Shown piece by piece: positions 48,332 through 57,538 of a stretch of 64,000 nt of DNA; the first letter of the stretch is position 1, and the number at the start of each line of letters is the position of its first letter. Location of the stretch: the IMG/VR virus record IMGVR_UViG_3300020385_000009, one strand, 5' to 3'. A program made the translations under genes and the position numbers. Source of the stretch: an uncultured virus (IMG/VR IMGVR_UViG_3300020385_000009) (Duplodnaviria; Heunggongvirae; Uroviricota; Caudoviricetes). Below the pieces are notes generated by a model, which saw nothing but the letters and a program-made list of their open reading frames with translations, was not told the origin of the DNA and made no database searches.

Positions 48332-48868
48332 TTAACATTCTAATCCTAAATAAAAATTACTCCCACTATATAAAAGACCTCCTGCGACAGGTGTTGGTGT
48401 ATATTGGTATTCATCAAATACTATTAGTCCTTCAGAATTTATAGTAATAGGAGAACTACTACCAGATGTTATTATAAGTATACTATTAGTCCCATCTCCC
48501 GTAAATTGAGCTATAGAAGCTGAAATTACATCTGTAAATATAGTGTCAGAAACTATTAAATTTCCTGCAGATGGTTCAGAAAGAGATCCAGAAATTGTTA
48601 AAGACCCTGTAATTGATTGATTTCCTACTCTTGATAATGATTCTTGTGTGTTTTCACTTGTTATTAATTCCCAACTTGTAGTGGATGATGGATCAGTTGG
48701 GTCTATACAAACATATAATTCATTAGTATCTTGTTGGAATACTAATAAACCTTCATAACAATTAAATGATTTACGGGACAATCTATCATTAGCATTAATT
48801 GCGGTTACCCTTGAATCTAAGGGGGTAGGAGTACTGGGATTAAAACCAACAATTACATCTATAGCCAT
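48332..48868 (-). CDS. Fibre/decoration protein
   Basis: PLDSR...YEGLLVF motif; ITGSLTISGS. Confidence 0.6.
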   Translation of the reverse strand: MAIDVIVGFNPSTPTPLDSRVTAINANDRLSRKSFNCYEGLLVFQQDTNELYVCIDPTDPSSTTSWELITSENTQESLSRVGNQSITGSLTISGSLSEPSAGNLIVSDTIFTDVISASIAQFTGDGTNSILIITSGSSSPITINSEGLIVFDEYQYTPTPVAGGLLYSGSNFYLGLEC

Positions 48869-48869
48869 A

Positions 48870-50303
48870 TTACACGAATGTTATTTTATGTTGATAAATA
48901 GATCCATCTTTTGGAGTTGTCGTTCTATATACTTTATAATTTCCCACAATTTCAGGAGAATTAAATGCTGTTATTTCATTTTGTAATGATAATTGATTTA
49001 TTAATGTATTTATATTACCTAAATTTGAATCATATACAATATATAAGTATTCACCTGTAGTTGTATTAGGGGAAAAACTTAATGTTAAAGATTCTATTTC
49101 TGATTCTGTATTAAATCCATATTTTATAGTCCCTTGCCAATTTGTTAAATCTTGTAATTGATTTTCATTAAAAGATGTAGATGTAGAGGTTCCAAATCTT
49201 AAACTTCTAACACGAGTCCATGTTCGTGATATAGTTCCTGTGTAAAATAATTGGGGATTATTATTAGTACTTGAATTCCAATATTGTTCTATATTTCCTG
49301 TAGTTATATTACCTACTGCATTTACAGTTAATGTAAGATTAAATGAATTTAATTCAGGATTAGATGGTACCCATCCATTATTACCATTAGGGAGACCTCC
49401 TGCTAATAACCATGTAATATTACCTGTTGCCCCTTCTTCTATTTCTGATTGTGTATCTCTATATGCATTGGATGTTACATCATATACTACATTAGTTATG
49501 GTAGGGTTTAAAGGGTTTAATTTATTTAAGGTTAGTGTTTTATTACTAGAAATAGTTATTAATGAATTGTCTGCTAATTGAGCAATAATATTAATATTAA
49601 ATGTATGACTACCTATAGCATAGGTAGAAAAGTTATCGGGTGATATTGTAATTGAATCATTTTCATTAAATGTAGTAATCCCCTCTGTAGAAGAAGATAG
49701 CATTCCTTTTATAAAGGTAGTTCCATTTAAATTAAATTGAGGGGTTAAAGTGTAACTATCCGTTACTAAATTAAATCTATTAGTATTGAAGCCACTTACA
49801 CTTATGTCTGATATTGTAGGTAAAGTAGGGTTACCAAATATTAATTCTAGTACACCCTCATTTACGTTAATAGATACATCATTACTAAAATCTTTAATAA
49901 TTAAATTAGATAAGAGAGTACTATCACTATTAGATGAAGTTTGAAATGAAATATTTGATGAACCATTGTTTCCTTCTACTATTGTATTATTAATAGTTTG
50001 AAATATAGAACCTGTTTGAAAGATTACTTGATTTTCTGTAATTTCTATTACATTAGTAGTGGTAGTAGTTTCAATAGTTGTAGAAGGGTCTATAGATATA
50101 TCTATATTGATATTATCAGGTACAGATTCTACTACTACTGTGTTAGTTTGAGGAGTAATGTTTAAATTACTAGATTCTAATGTAGTTTCTACTATTTCAA
50201 TTAATGTAAGGTTACCCTCAACTACTTCTATTTGACCACCTCCCATTTCAACTATCTCTAGTTGAACAGCAGATTCCTCTATTATTTCGGTAATATCTGC
50301 CAT
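48870..50303 (-). CDS. Beta-rich virion protein with an acidic Ile/Val/Glu repeat N-terminus
   Basis: Composition and position. Confidence 0.55.
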   Translation of the reverse strand: MADITEIIEESAVQLEIVEMGGGQIEVVEGNLTLIEIVETTLESSNLNITPQTNTVVVESVPDNINIDISIDPSTTIETTTTTNVIEITENQVIFQTGSIFQTINNTIVEGNNGSSNISFQTSSNSDSTLLSNLIIKDFSNDVSINVNEGVLELIFGNPTLPTISDISVSGFNTNRFNLVTDSYTLTPQFNLNGTTFIKGMLSSSTEGITTFNENDSITISPDNFSTYAIGSHTFNINIIAQLADNSLITISSNKTLTLNKLNPLNPTITNVVYDVTSNAYRDTQSEIEEGATGNITWLLAGGLPNGNNGWVPSNPELNSFNLTLTVNAVGNITTGNIEQYWNSSTNNNPQLFYTGTISRTWTRVRSLRFGTSTSTSFNENQLQDLTNWQGTIKYGFNTESEIESLTLSFSPNTTTGEYLYIVYDSNLGNINTLINQLSLQNEITAFNSPEIVGNYKVYRTTTPKDGSIYQHKITFV

Positions 50304-50310
50304 GTAAATA

Positions 50311-50673
50311 TTATCTTGTTACTTCCTTAGATAATTTAATTTTTCCCTGGAGAAGGCGTGTAACTACACCTGATGATTCAATTTCAAGATCATATACTGC
50401 TGTATCAAAAGACATAGCCGCTGTGTCTGTAGCTGATATTGTAACTAAAATTTCATTATTTCCTGTGCCCCCTACAGTAATTACACTACCATTAGATCCC
50501 GCTACTTCTGTTAATGATATTATAGTAAAATCATTATTTACAGAAGTTCTTAGTTGCATTCTAATAGAGTGGGATGATAAGTTTAGTGCATCCCCATTAG
50601 AATCTTTATATTTAAAAGTTCGTATAAATGTTGTTCCTTGCTCAATTGTAAAATTGTAAATTCCTGCTGCCAT
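50311..50673 (-). CDS. BppU-like Ig-fold fibre attachment protein
   Basis: IEQGTTF...MQLR...VYDLEI...RLLQG.I.LSKEVT. Confidence 0.65.
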   Translation of the reverse strand: MAAGIYNFTIEQGTTFIRTFKYKDSNGDALNLSSHSIRMQLRTSVNNDFTIISLTEVAGSNGSVITVGGTGNNEILVTISATDTAAMSFDTAVYDLEIESSGVVTRLLQGKIKLSKEVTR

Positions 50674-50722
50674 AATTTAAATAGATTTATTCTATAATAA
50701 ATATAACAGAAAAGATAAATAA

Positions 50723-51385
50723 TTACATAGCCTGTAAACGTTCAAATACATCATCAATAGCTTCATGACGATGGTTATCTAATAAAATTCTTTTGTAAAC
50801 ATAATCAGAAGCCGCAATTTTAGATACATCATGGATTGCTGAGTAGTTGTTGTCTTTTAAATCAATTTGTTGATTATCACCACAAAATATCATAGTTGAA
50901 TTTTTTCCTAATCTCCCTAAAGCCATTCTTAATTGTGAACGAGTTAAATTTTGGAATTCATCTACAATAACGACACAATTTTCAAATGTACGGCCTCTAA
51001 AGTGTGCTAATGAAACTAATTCAATAGATTCTTCTTTTTCCATACGTTCTAATGCTTCAGGTTTATTATATATCTTTCGCATATTTGAACGAATAGGAAC
51101 GAGCCAGGGCTCCATCTTTTCCTTTTCTGACCCTGGTAAAAATCCATTATCCTCAGTGGATACCGTGGGTCTTGTTATGATGATCTTGTTAGTCATTCGT
51201 TTAAAAAACATGTCTAAAGCTACTTGACAAGCTAACAATGTTTTACCACTACCTGCCTTTCCAACTATAAAGTTGTATGGATGGTGGAAAATTGCTTGTT
51301 TTGCTGCTTTTTGTTCTTCTGAAAGTGATAATGAAAATTTAATTGAACCCTTTGGTGGGGTTTTTTCAATGTTTGATTTAGCCAT
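50723..51385 (-). CDS. phoH: PhoH-like ATPase
   Basis: GKAGSGKT, TRP, GFLPG, RGRTF, DEFQN, GDNQQID; start moved to ATG 51385. Confidence 0.93.
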   Translation of the reverse strand: MAKSNIEKTPPKGSIKFSLSLSEEQKAAKQAIFHHPYNFIVGKAGSGKTLLACQVALDMFFKRMTNKIIITRPTVSTEDNGFLPGSEKEKMEPWLVPIRSNMRKIYNKPEALERMEKEESIELVSLAHFRGRTFENCVVIVDEFQNLTRSQLRMALGRLGKNSTMIFCGDNQQIDLKDNNYSAIHDVSKIAASDYVYKRILLDNHRHEAIDDVFERLQAM

Positions 51386-51414
51386 AAAATGTAACGTTTT
51401 GTTATACATATAAA

Positions 51415-51442
51415 AAAAAGAGCCGCAAATGCGACTCTTTTT
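51415..51442 (-). terminator. Intrinsic terminator after the major capsid gene
   Basis: AAAAAGAGTCGC-ATTT-GCGGCTCTTTTT followed by more Ts. Confidence 0.8.
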
Positions 51443-51463
51443 AAAATAGATATAAATGTAATA

Positions 51464-53137
51464 TTATACTACATCTAAATCACGAACTACAATCTTACCA
51501 TAGAAATCAGGACGAACCATTTTCTTAGCGTAACGAGTCATGATTCCTTTACGTGGAGTAAATGAAGCAGGATCATACACAAGAGGTGTCATAATTAATG
51601 GAATATATGGAGCAAATACAGCACCAGTTTCAAGGAATTGAGATCCTTTATAACCCATCAAAATAACATTTTCAGTTAAGTAAGGGTTTTTGTAAACTGT
51701 GTAACGTGAATTAATTGCACCAATCTTTTGAACACCCATAGCGTACTTGTCAGCGTCTCCAGCTGAGTCAGCAGCAAATCCTGGGATTGATTCAAGAATA
51801 GTAGAAATTTTAGGCGATACTACCATAAAATTAGCCCCACCACGAAGAGTTTTCTGGTGAATTTCATTACTAACTTTTTGTAATTTAACTCCTAATGTTT
51901 GGAACCAGGACATTTTAGTGTAGTATAATCCTGTTCCAGATTCATCGATTGTAACACCTGAATCATTTACTTCACGAGCAACTTTAGCACTCCAAGCAGA
52001 AGTAGTATCCGCGTTACGAATTAACATGTCTAAAATTTCAAGGTCAATTTCCATTGAAATGTATTCACTTAAGATAGACGTCAATTCAGCTTCTGCGTCA
52101 ATTGAATGATAAGCATTCAAGTCTTGAGCAAATTCTGGTGTCCATTGAGCCTTTAACTTACGTGTTTTGGCAGCAACAGTGTCACTTCTTAATTGAACAT
52201 TAATTTCAGGAATTGCTAATGATGAATTAGCGGTACCTGAGGATGCTGAGCTTCCATTTTTACCTTCTTCAAAGTCGCCTCTATCATCTAAGTTATCTGG
52301 TCCTTTTTGATAAGTAACGGTAACATCACCTACTGAAGTATCAGCAGCTGTTAATTCTACAACAAATTCTACATTACTACCATTAATTCTAGTAAATTTC
52401 GGGTAGAAAGCTGCAACATTAGCTGAACCTGCAAATTGGAATGCTTTAACTGAATCAGGATCATGATCTACTAATTTTGCTGTTGGGAATTTAATTGTAA
52501 CAATTTTATCACCCTCAGCATCAGTTGAACCAAATCCTTTAGAGAAATTTGAAGATGAAAATTCAGTATCACTATTTAAAATACCTGCAAATGCTGCAGA
52601 TGCTGATACTACTTCAACACCACTGTTTATTCCCTGAGCTTCTACAGAAGAAGTAGTATTAATAGAATATCCATATTGACCTGCACCGTAAAGACCTTGG
52701 TTAAGAGCTGGTTCAGTTTTAGTTAAATCATCAGTAGCACCATAAAGGGATTCTCCAACTGCTTTTCCACCTTGAGCGGATCCATATTGAAAGTCAAGAT
52801 AGAAAATTAAACCTGCTGGTAAGTTCATTGGTTGAACTGATACTAAATCTTTAGCAACAATTTCACCAAATACTCTACGTACTAACGGAAGAGCAACTCC
52901 TGCCCATGCTTCTGAATTAGCACCATTAGTAACAGACATACCTGTTCCAGTAGAGTTTGCTTCGTTTACAAGCTGTTTAGCTTGATTTTCTAACAACATT
53001 GCCATGTTGTTTGCTTCGGTTGAAGACTGAATGCCTTCTAACAAGCCTGACTTTTCCCACTTAGACGAAAGCTTTGCAGCTTCGTTTTGTTGAGATTGGT
53101 AAGGACTTGCACCTTCTAATAAATTATTTACGTTCAT
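51464..53137 (-). CDS. Major capsid protein (T4 gp23-like)
   Basis: PLVRR, VQPMNLPAGLIF, KTRKLKAQWTPEFAQDLNAYH, FAPYIPL, FTPRKGIMTRY. Confidence 0.97.
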   Translation of the reverse strand: MNVNNLLEGASPYQSQQNEAAKLSSKWEKSGLLEGIQSSTEANNMAMLLENQAKQLVNEANSTGTGMSVTNGANSEAWAGVALPLVRRVFGEIVAKDLVSVQPMNLPAGLIFYLDFQYGSAQGGKAVGESLYGATDDLTKTEPALNQGLYGAGQYGYSINTTSSVEAQGINSGVEVVSASAAFAGILNSDTEFSSSNFSKGFGSTDAEGDKIVTIKFPTAKLVDHDPDSVKAFQFAGSANVAAFYPKFTRINGSNVEFVVELTAADTSVGDVTVTYQKGPDNLDDRGDFEEGKNGSSASSGTANSSLAIPEINVQLRSDTVAAKTRKLKAQWTPEFAQDLNAYHSIDAEAELTSILSEYISMEIDLEILDMLIRNADTTSAWSAKVAREVNDSGVTIDESGTGLYYTKMSWFQTLGVKLQKVSNEIHQKTLRGGANFMVVSPKISTILESIPGFAADSAGDADKYAMGVQKIGAINSRYTVYKNPYLTENVILMGYKGSQFLETGAVFAPYIPLIMTPLVYDPASFTPRKGIMTRYAKKMVRPDFYGKIVVRDLDVV

Positions 53138-53154
53138 TTTGTAAAAATTTTAAA

Positions 53155-54153
53155 TTATTGATTAATTTTAATGTTTGCCAATTTTTGGAAACGTGTCATC
53201 ATATCATTAGATTCTGAAATTACAGCTTTTTTAGCAGCAGTAGATTTACCTGCTGGTTTTGAAGCCATTCCTAAACCTTCTTTGATTGATGATTTTTTAG
53301 TTTGTTTATTACCTTTAGAGATATTAAACGTGTCTTTAATTGTTTCGTAAATTAACTTAGCTTCTTTAGCTGTACCTGCTTTATCAAGTGACTCAACTAC
53401 ACGTAGTTTTTGTGACTCATTAAGTTGGTTTGCTTTGAAGATACGGTTAACGTACAACAATTTAGAATTTAATAGATTAACTTCGTTAAGTTCAGCGCGA
53501 ACAGTAGTTAAAGCTTTGTTAGTTTCCTCTAATTCTTCTTTAGCTTCATCAAGTTCAGCTTGAAGTGGGTTAACTGACTCCTCCATTTCTTTGTCGTCGT
53601 CGTCTTTTTTAGCTTCTTCTAGTTCTTCGTCTTTAGACTCCTCCATCTTTTTATCGTCGTCGTCATCTTTAGCTTCATCTAGTCCATCTAGTTCTTCAAG
53701 AAGTGCATCAAGATCAAAGCCTTCTTCAAGTTCTTCATCTTTTACTTCTTCAAGTTCTTCGTTGTTACTTTCAGCGATTTCTTCTTCACCTTCAGCAACT
53801 GGTTCTTCTGAAACTGTTTCACCTTCTTCTAATTCTAATTCTGCAAGAATTTCTTCCAAATCGATTTCTTCTTCCATAGATCCAACATTATATCCTTCAT
53901 CATCTGGGTCGTCTTCGCCATATTTCATCATTTCATCAAATGAAGCTTCTTCGATAGCAGTTTCTTCAACAGATTCGTTGGTTTCTTCTTCTTCGTTTAA
54001 ATCTTCATCTAATTCTTCTGATAATTTAGCAGATAACATAGATTGTAATTTAGGAGTAAATGCTTCCTCTAGGGCAGCTTTGGCGTTTGCAAGAGCAACT
54101 TCACGAACAGCTTTAGCGTCGGCGATAGCTTCTTTTAAAATGTCTTTTGCCAT
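53155..54153 (-). CDS. Prohead scaffold/core protein (gp22-like)
   Basis: Highly acidic coiled coil directly before the capsid gene; many L/I-x-E sites; internal EAK(K)DDDD repeat. Confidence 0.8.
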   Translation of the reverse strand: MAKDILKEAIADAKAVREVALANAKAALEEAFTPKLQSMLSAKLSEELDEDLNEEEETNESVEETAIEEASFDEMMKYGEDDPDDEGYNVGSMEEEIDLEEILAELELEEGETVSEEPVAEGEEEIAESNNEELEEVKDEELEEGFDLDALLEELDGLDEAKDDDDDKKMEESKDEELEEAKKDDDDKEMEESVNPLQAELDEAKEELEETNKALTTVRAELNEVNLLNSKLLYVNRIFKANQLNESQKLRVVESLDKAGTAKEAKLIYETIKDTFNISKGNKQTKKSSIKEGLGMASKPAGKSTAAKKAVISESNDMMTRFQKLANIKINQ

Positions 54154-54169
54154 TTTTTACTTGTTTTTT

Positions 54170-54267
54170 CTCTTTCGAGTCTCGTTTATAAATTGTACGG
54201 GAAATAAGGTTATTAGGAACCTTAATAGATTGTTTTTAAAAATCAGGGACGTCTTATTAGGAAGATC
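54170..54267 (-). promoter_or_regulatory. Structured 5' leader with two CCUAAU-loop hairpins
   Basis: TCTT-CCTAAT-AAGA (54252-54265), TAAGGTT-CCTAAT-AACCTTA (54205-54224), CTC-GAAA-GAG. Confidence 0.55.
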
Positions 54268-54311
54268 GTATGTTAACACACATACATATAATAAGATGTC
54301 TAAAACCAAAA

Positions 54312-54331
54312 AAGGCGCCAAAAGGCGCCTT
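54312..54331 (-). terminator. Intrinsic terminator
   Basis: AAGGCGCC-TTTT-GGCGCCTT followed by a T-tract. Confidence 0.8.
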
Positions 54332-54353
54332 AATTGATATTAAAATTTAATTC

Positions 54354-54587
54354 TTACTTTTTTCCACCAGGAGCAAAGAAAGAACATACTAGTACCAAAA
54401 CTACTAAACCTACAAATCCGCCTTGACCGAAGCCAGAAACTAGAGATGTTAAGTTTGCAATTACATCAATACCAAATACAGACGTACCTGTAAGTACATA
54501 CCATAAAATTGATACTGGAATCAATGCTAAAAATAATTTTCCTAGTCCACCTAAGAAATCATTTACTAAACTGAATACTTTTTCCAT
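54354..54587 (-). CDS. Small inner-membrane protein
   Basis: 77 aa with two hydrophobic helices. Confidence 0.75.
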   Translation of the reverse strand: MEKVFSLVNDFLGGLGKLFLALIPVSILWYVLTGTSVFGIDVIANLTSLVSGFGQGGFVGLVVLVLVCSFFAPGGKK

Positions 54588-54617
54588 TTTTTTAGATTTA
54601 ATTGATTAATAATTAGT

Positions 54618-55028
54618 TTAAAATTTAAGACCTACACCTAATCCAAGATTAGTTGTCTTAGTACCTGTGTTGTACACCAAACGTGGGTCAACATAAACAT
54701 TCCCTGAAAAAGAAAACATCTTACCTACACCAAGATCCATTTGTTCTGTATCTAGTCCTAAATTAGAACCAAGGTAAACAAAATAACCATTTACAAAGTA
54801 ACGTGCGTGAATATCTATTTCTAGATCACCATCTACTTCTTGATTAGCGGCTGCGCCAACCATTAGGTTATCAGTTAAACCATACCCTATTGTAGGGGTT
54901 ACAGACCATTCCATCCATGGTTTGTTTGCAATATCGCCAGTACCTACGTACCAGTCACCTTTTTCCTGTGCGTTTACTCCAGCTACCATAAGCAGTCCTA
55001 AAGCTAAACTTGAAATCATTTTTCTCAT
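54618..55028 (-). CDS. Outer-membrane beta-barrel protein
   Basis: Signal peptide ending VNA-Q, alternating beta strands, C-terminal Phe (GVGLKF). Confidence 0.8.
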   Translation of the reverse strand: MRKMISSLALGLLMVAGVNAQEKGDWYVGTGDIANKPWMEWSVTPTIGYGLTDNLMVGAAANQEVDGDLEIDIHARYFVNGYFVYLGSNLGLDTEQMDLGVGKMFSFSGNVYVDPRLVYNTGTKTTNLGLGVGLKF

Positions 55029-55159
55029 AATTCTTGTTTTCGTTAATACTAATTTAATTGTGAAAAATAAAAGAGATAGGAATTGTCCCTTTTATGCTGT
55101 GTATGTGATTGAATATCTCATAATTTTATATTTGTCATAACCTTTTTTCTTGTTCGACA

Positions 55160-55189
55160 TACGTACAACAAGATTTTATAAAAACCAAA
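55160..55189 (-). promoter_or_regulatory. Putative promoter of the beta-barrel gene unit
   Basis: TTTGG-N16-TTGTACGTA. Confidence 0.5.
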
Positions 55190-55207
55190 TTTTTTGTGGA
55201 TTGTTTT

Positions 55208-55822
55208 TTAACACTTGCAAACTCCCGTGTTATCACATATGATATCGCGGATAATAGTGTTTACATTGTTGTATTGATATGTTGACTTTTCAACGCCTTC
55301 TTGCAATGCTCTACCTTTTGGCGTCATAAACGCACCTTGTGTAGATGGTGTGGATACAAAGTCCCAACATAATAATTCAAAGTCATCTTGAACTTCAACG
55401 GTACCTTCATTGACATTGTCTTTTACCGAACCCATACCACGAGATGAAATACCAACGGTAATTCCGTTTCTAAACAGTTCTTTTAGTATGTTACCTGCGG
55501 GCGTTGACAATATTTCTACTTCACCCATAACATCATCACCATCCCAATATACTTTAGTAATGTTGTGTGATACGTTTTGTAAATTTATTACAGATGATTC
55601 AGGGTGATCTAATTCACCTAATGCACGACTTTCTCTAACAGGACCATTTACATAATTTTCGATTTCTCTTTCTAAAATTTCTCTAGGATAAATACGACCA
55701 TTTTGGTTTTTAGCTTCTGCACGTTGGATAACGCCAGTAACTACTAATGGTGAATTTTTACTAATAGATTCTTCTATTATTTTTCTATCTACTGTAAATG
55801 GTATGTGTTCTGTTAATAGCAT
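55208..55822 (-). CDS. Prohead protease (T4 gp21-like)
   Basis: NQNGRIYP, GELDHP, GISSRGMGS, DFVSTPS. Confidence 0.95.
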   Translation of the reverse strand: MLLTEHIPFTVDRKIIEESISKNSPLVVTGVIQRAEAKNQNGRIYPREILEREIENYVNGPVRESRALGELDHPESSVINLQNVSHNITKVYWDGDDVMGEVEILSTPAGNILKELFRNGITVGISSRGMGSVKDNVNEGTVEVQDDFELLCWDFVSTPSTQGAFMTPKGRALQEGVEKSTYQYNNVNTIIRDIICDNTGVCKC

Positions 55823-55826
55823 AGTT

Positions 55827-56381
55827 TTAGTTTGAAAATTCTCTTAGTTTGTTTTCTAAATGTTTTAGTCGAGCACCTAATTCGTGTATTTGTTTATTAG
55901 TTGATTTTAAAAAAGTACCTGAATTCATATCTAATTCTGTTTTTAAGCGAAAATTATGTGCTACAATTCTTTCTATTTCTTTAATCATTTTGTTAACTTG
56001 TCTAATACCTCGAGCTATTTTTTGGCGAGGTGAAGATTCAGTGTTACGTTTAAAATCACCGTATGAAACTTCGTTTAGGTCGTTTTTTCTTTTTTTCTTA
56101 AATGCGTTTGGTGTAGCGTATCCTTCTCCTGCTCCTGCGTTAAATGAAGCACCTGTGCCTGTTGTACTCATTTCATCTAAACCATCAAACTCTCTTTGCT
56201 TAAGAGCCGCCATAATAGCATAAACAGCATCTTGTTCCCCGTACCCATATTTTTGAGCCATCGCAGCTATAAATTTATTTAATGCTTTAGACACTTCGGG
56301 GTTTAGAGATTCAGATAAATTAGATTCGTCTAATTGTCTTTGTTTGGATTGCCAATCGTGTATGTTAAATGGTTTACTCAT
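55827..56381 (-). CDS. Prohead core/internal protein
   Basis: Head module; LDE/LSE/LNE sites. Confidence 0.55.
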   Translation of the reverse strand: MSKPFNIHDWQSKQRQLDESNLSESLNPEVSKALNKFIAAMAQKYGYGEQDAVYAIMAALKQREFDGLDEMSTTGTGASFNAGAGEGYATPNAFKKKRKNDLNEVSYGDFKRNTESSPRQKIARGIRQVNKMIKEIERIVAHNFRLKTELDMNSGTFLKSTNKQIHELGARLKHLENKLREFSN

Positions 56382-56668
56382 GATTTTCTTCTTTTGTATC
56401 GAGAAAATTTATTTCTCAAATTTTTAGCCATTATTAAAAGCTCTCTTGCTTCTGGGTCTTTTTGTTGTGCTACTAAATCTTGTAATCGTTTAACAGCTTC
56501 ATCTATTTCTTTGTAAGTACGATCAAAGTCTGTTTTATAATCTACGTCCCAACTTATTTGACCTGTTTCTGGGTTGGTACCCGTTTGTTTAGTTGTAAAA
56601 TCTTGGTCTTCAGTTAAGCGAATAAAAGTAGATTCTTTAACATTATATATGTCTTTTAAACTAACCAT
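56378..56668 (-). CDS. Hypothetical head-module protein
   Basis: 96-aa ORF overlapping its neighbours. Confidence 0.6.
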   Translation of the reverse strand: MVSLKDIYNVKESTFIRLTEDQDFTTKQTGTNPETGQISWDVDYKTDFDRTYKEIDEAVKRLQDLVAQQKDPEARELLIMAKNLRNKFSRYKRRKS

Positions 56669-57503
56669 GAATTGATTTGAGTTCGTTTACTAATTCATAA
56701 TAATTAAGTAAATTACTAACATTATCATCATGTACAGAAGATTTTTTGCAAAGAGGTTTAATTAAATTTTGGGCCTCATTAATTTTAATTTTAACAACTT
56801 GATCTGTAACTGTATTTGAGTATTTGGTTAGTTGTTTTTTAACGTCTTTAATTTCTGAATTGATGTAAGTTTTTAAAGCTGGGCTATTACTAACAGCATT
56901 AACATATTCTTGAAGTAAAGTTTTTTGATTTTCTCCTAAACCTTTATACTTTTCATTAAATTTTTCAAGTAATATTTTTTGTGTAAGTAGACGTGTATTT
57001 TTATCTTCGTGGTTATATGTTTCCATTACAACATTCTTTTTAACTTTTTCACTTGGTGTTGTTAAATGTTCAATTAATTGAACTTTAGAATCTACGATTG
57101 ATAAAGGGGTAGCATCTTTATTTTCCGTAAGGTTATAAATAGATGCCATTGTTTTATAATTAGTAATTTTAGCTTTAAAAAAATCGTTAAGGTCATATGT
57201 TGACTTTAATTCTTTAATTAAATTATATTTTTCACGTCTTAATCGAGAACGATTTAATTTGTTATGTGCTTCTATAAGAGTATTAACTAATATAGTAGCT
57301 TTGTTTTCGTCCTGATATGATTTAGTAGAGAGGGCATTGTATATTTTATATTCTTTAAGTAATTCCGACTTAGAGTTAAAATATTTTTTGAGGATTGACA
57401 AGGCCTTATTATTCCCACCTGAAATAGTGTCGGAGGTTATCTGCCTTGTTAATAATTCAAACAGTATCCCAGTATTTTTGTACTTAGAGTGTTTTATTTT
57501 CAT
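56661..57503 (-). CDS. Prohead core-like protein
   Basis: Directly after the portal; probable start MKIKHSKYKNTG at 57503. Confidence 0.6.
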   Translation of the reverse strand: MKIKHSKYKNTGILFELLTRQITSDTISGGNNKALSILKKYFNSKSELLKEYKIYNALSTKSYQDENKATILVNTLIEAHNKLNRSRLRREKYNLIKELKSTYDLNDFFKAKITNYKTMASIYNLTENKDATPLSIVDSKVQLIEHLTTPSEKVKKNVVMETYNHEDKNTRLLTQKILLEKFNEKYKGLGENQKTLLQEYVNAVSNSPALKTYINSEIKDVKKQLTKYSNTVTDQVVKIKINEAQNLIKPLCKKSSVHDDNVSNLLNYYELVNELKSIHG

Positions 57504-57538
57504 TATAAATTGCAATTTATCTGAATATAAATATATAA

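Noticed and set aside
53591..54337. 248-aa Ser-rich plus-strand ORF
   Set aside because: Antisense shadow of the Glu/Asp-rich scaffold (GAA/GAT codons read as TCN on the opposite strand)
55069..55093. Hairpin in the beta-barrel gene leader as a riboswitch or attenuator
   Set aside because: Weak, mismatched stem with no recognisable aptamer
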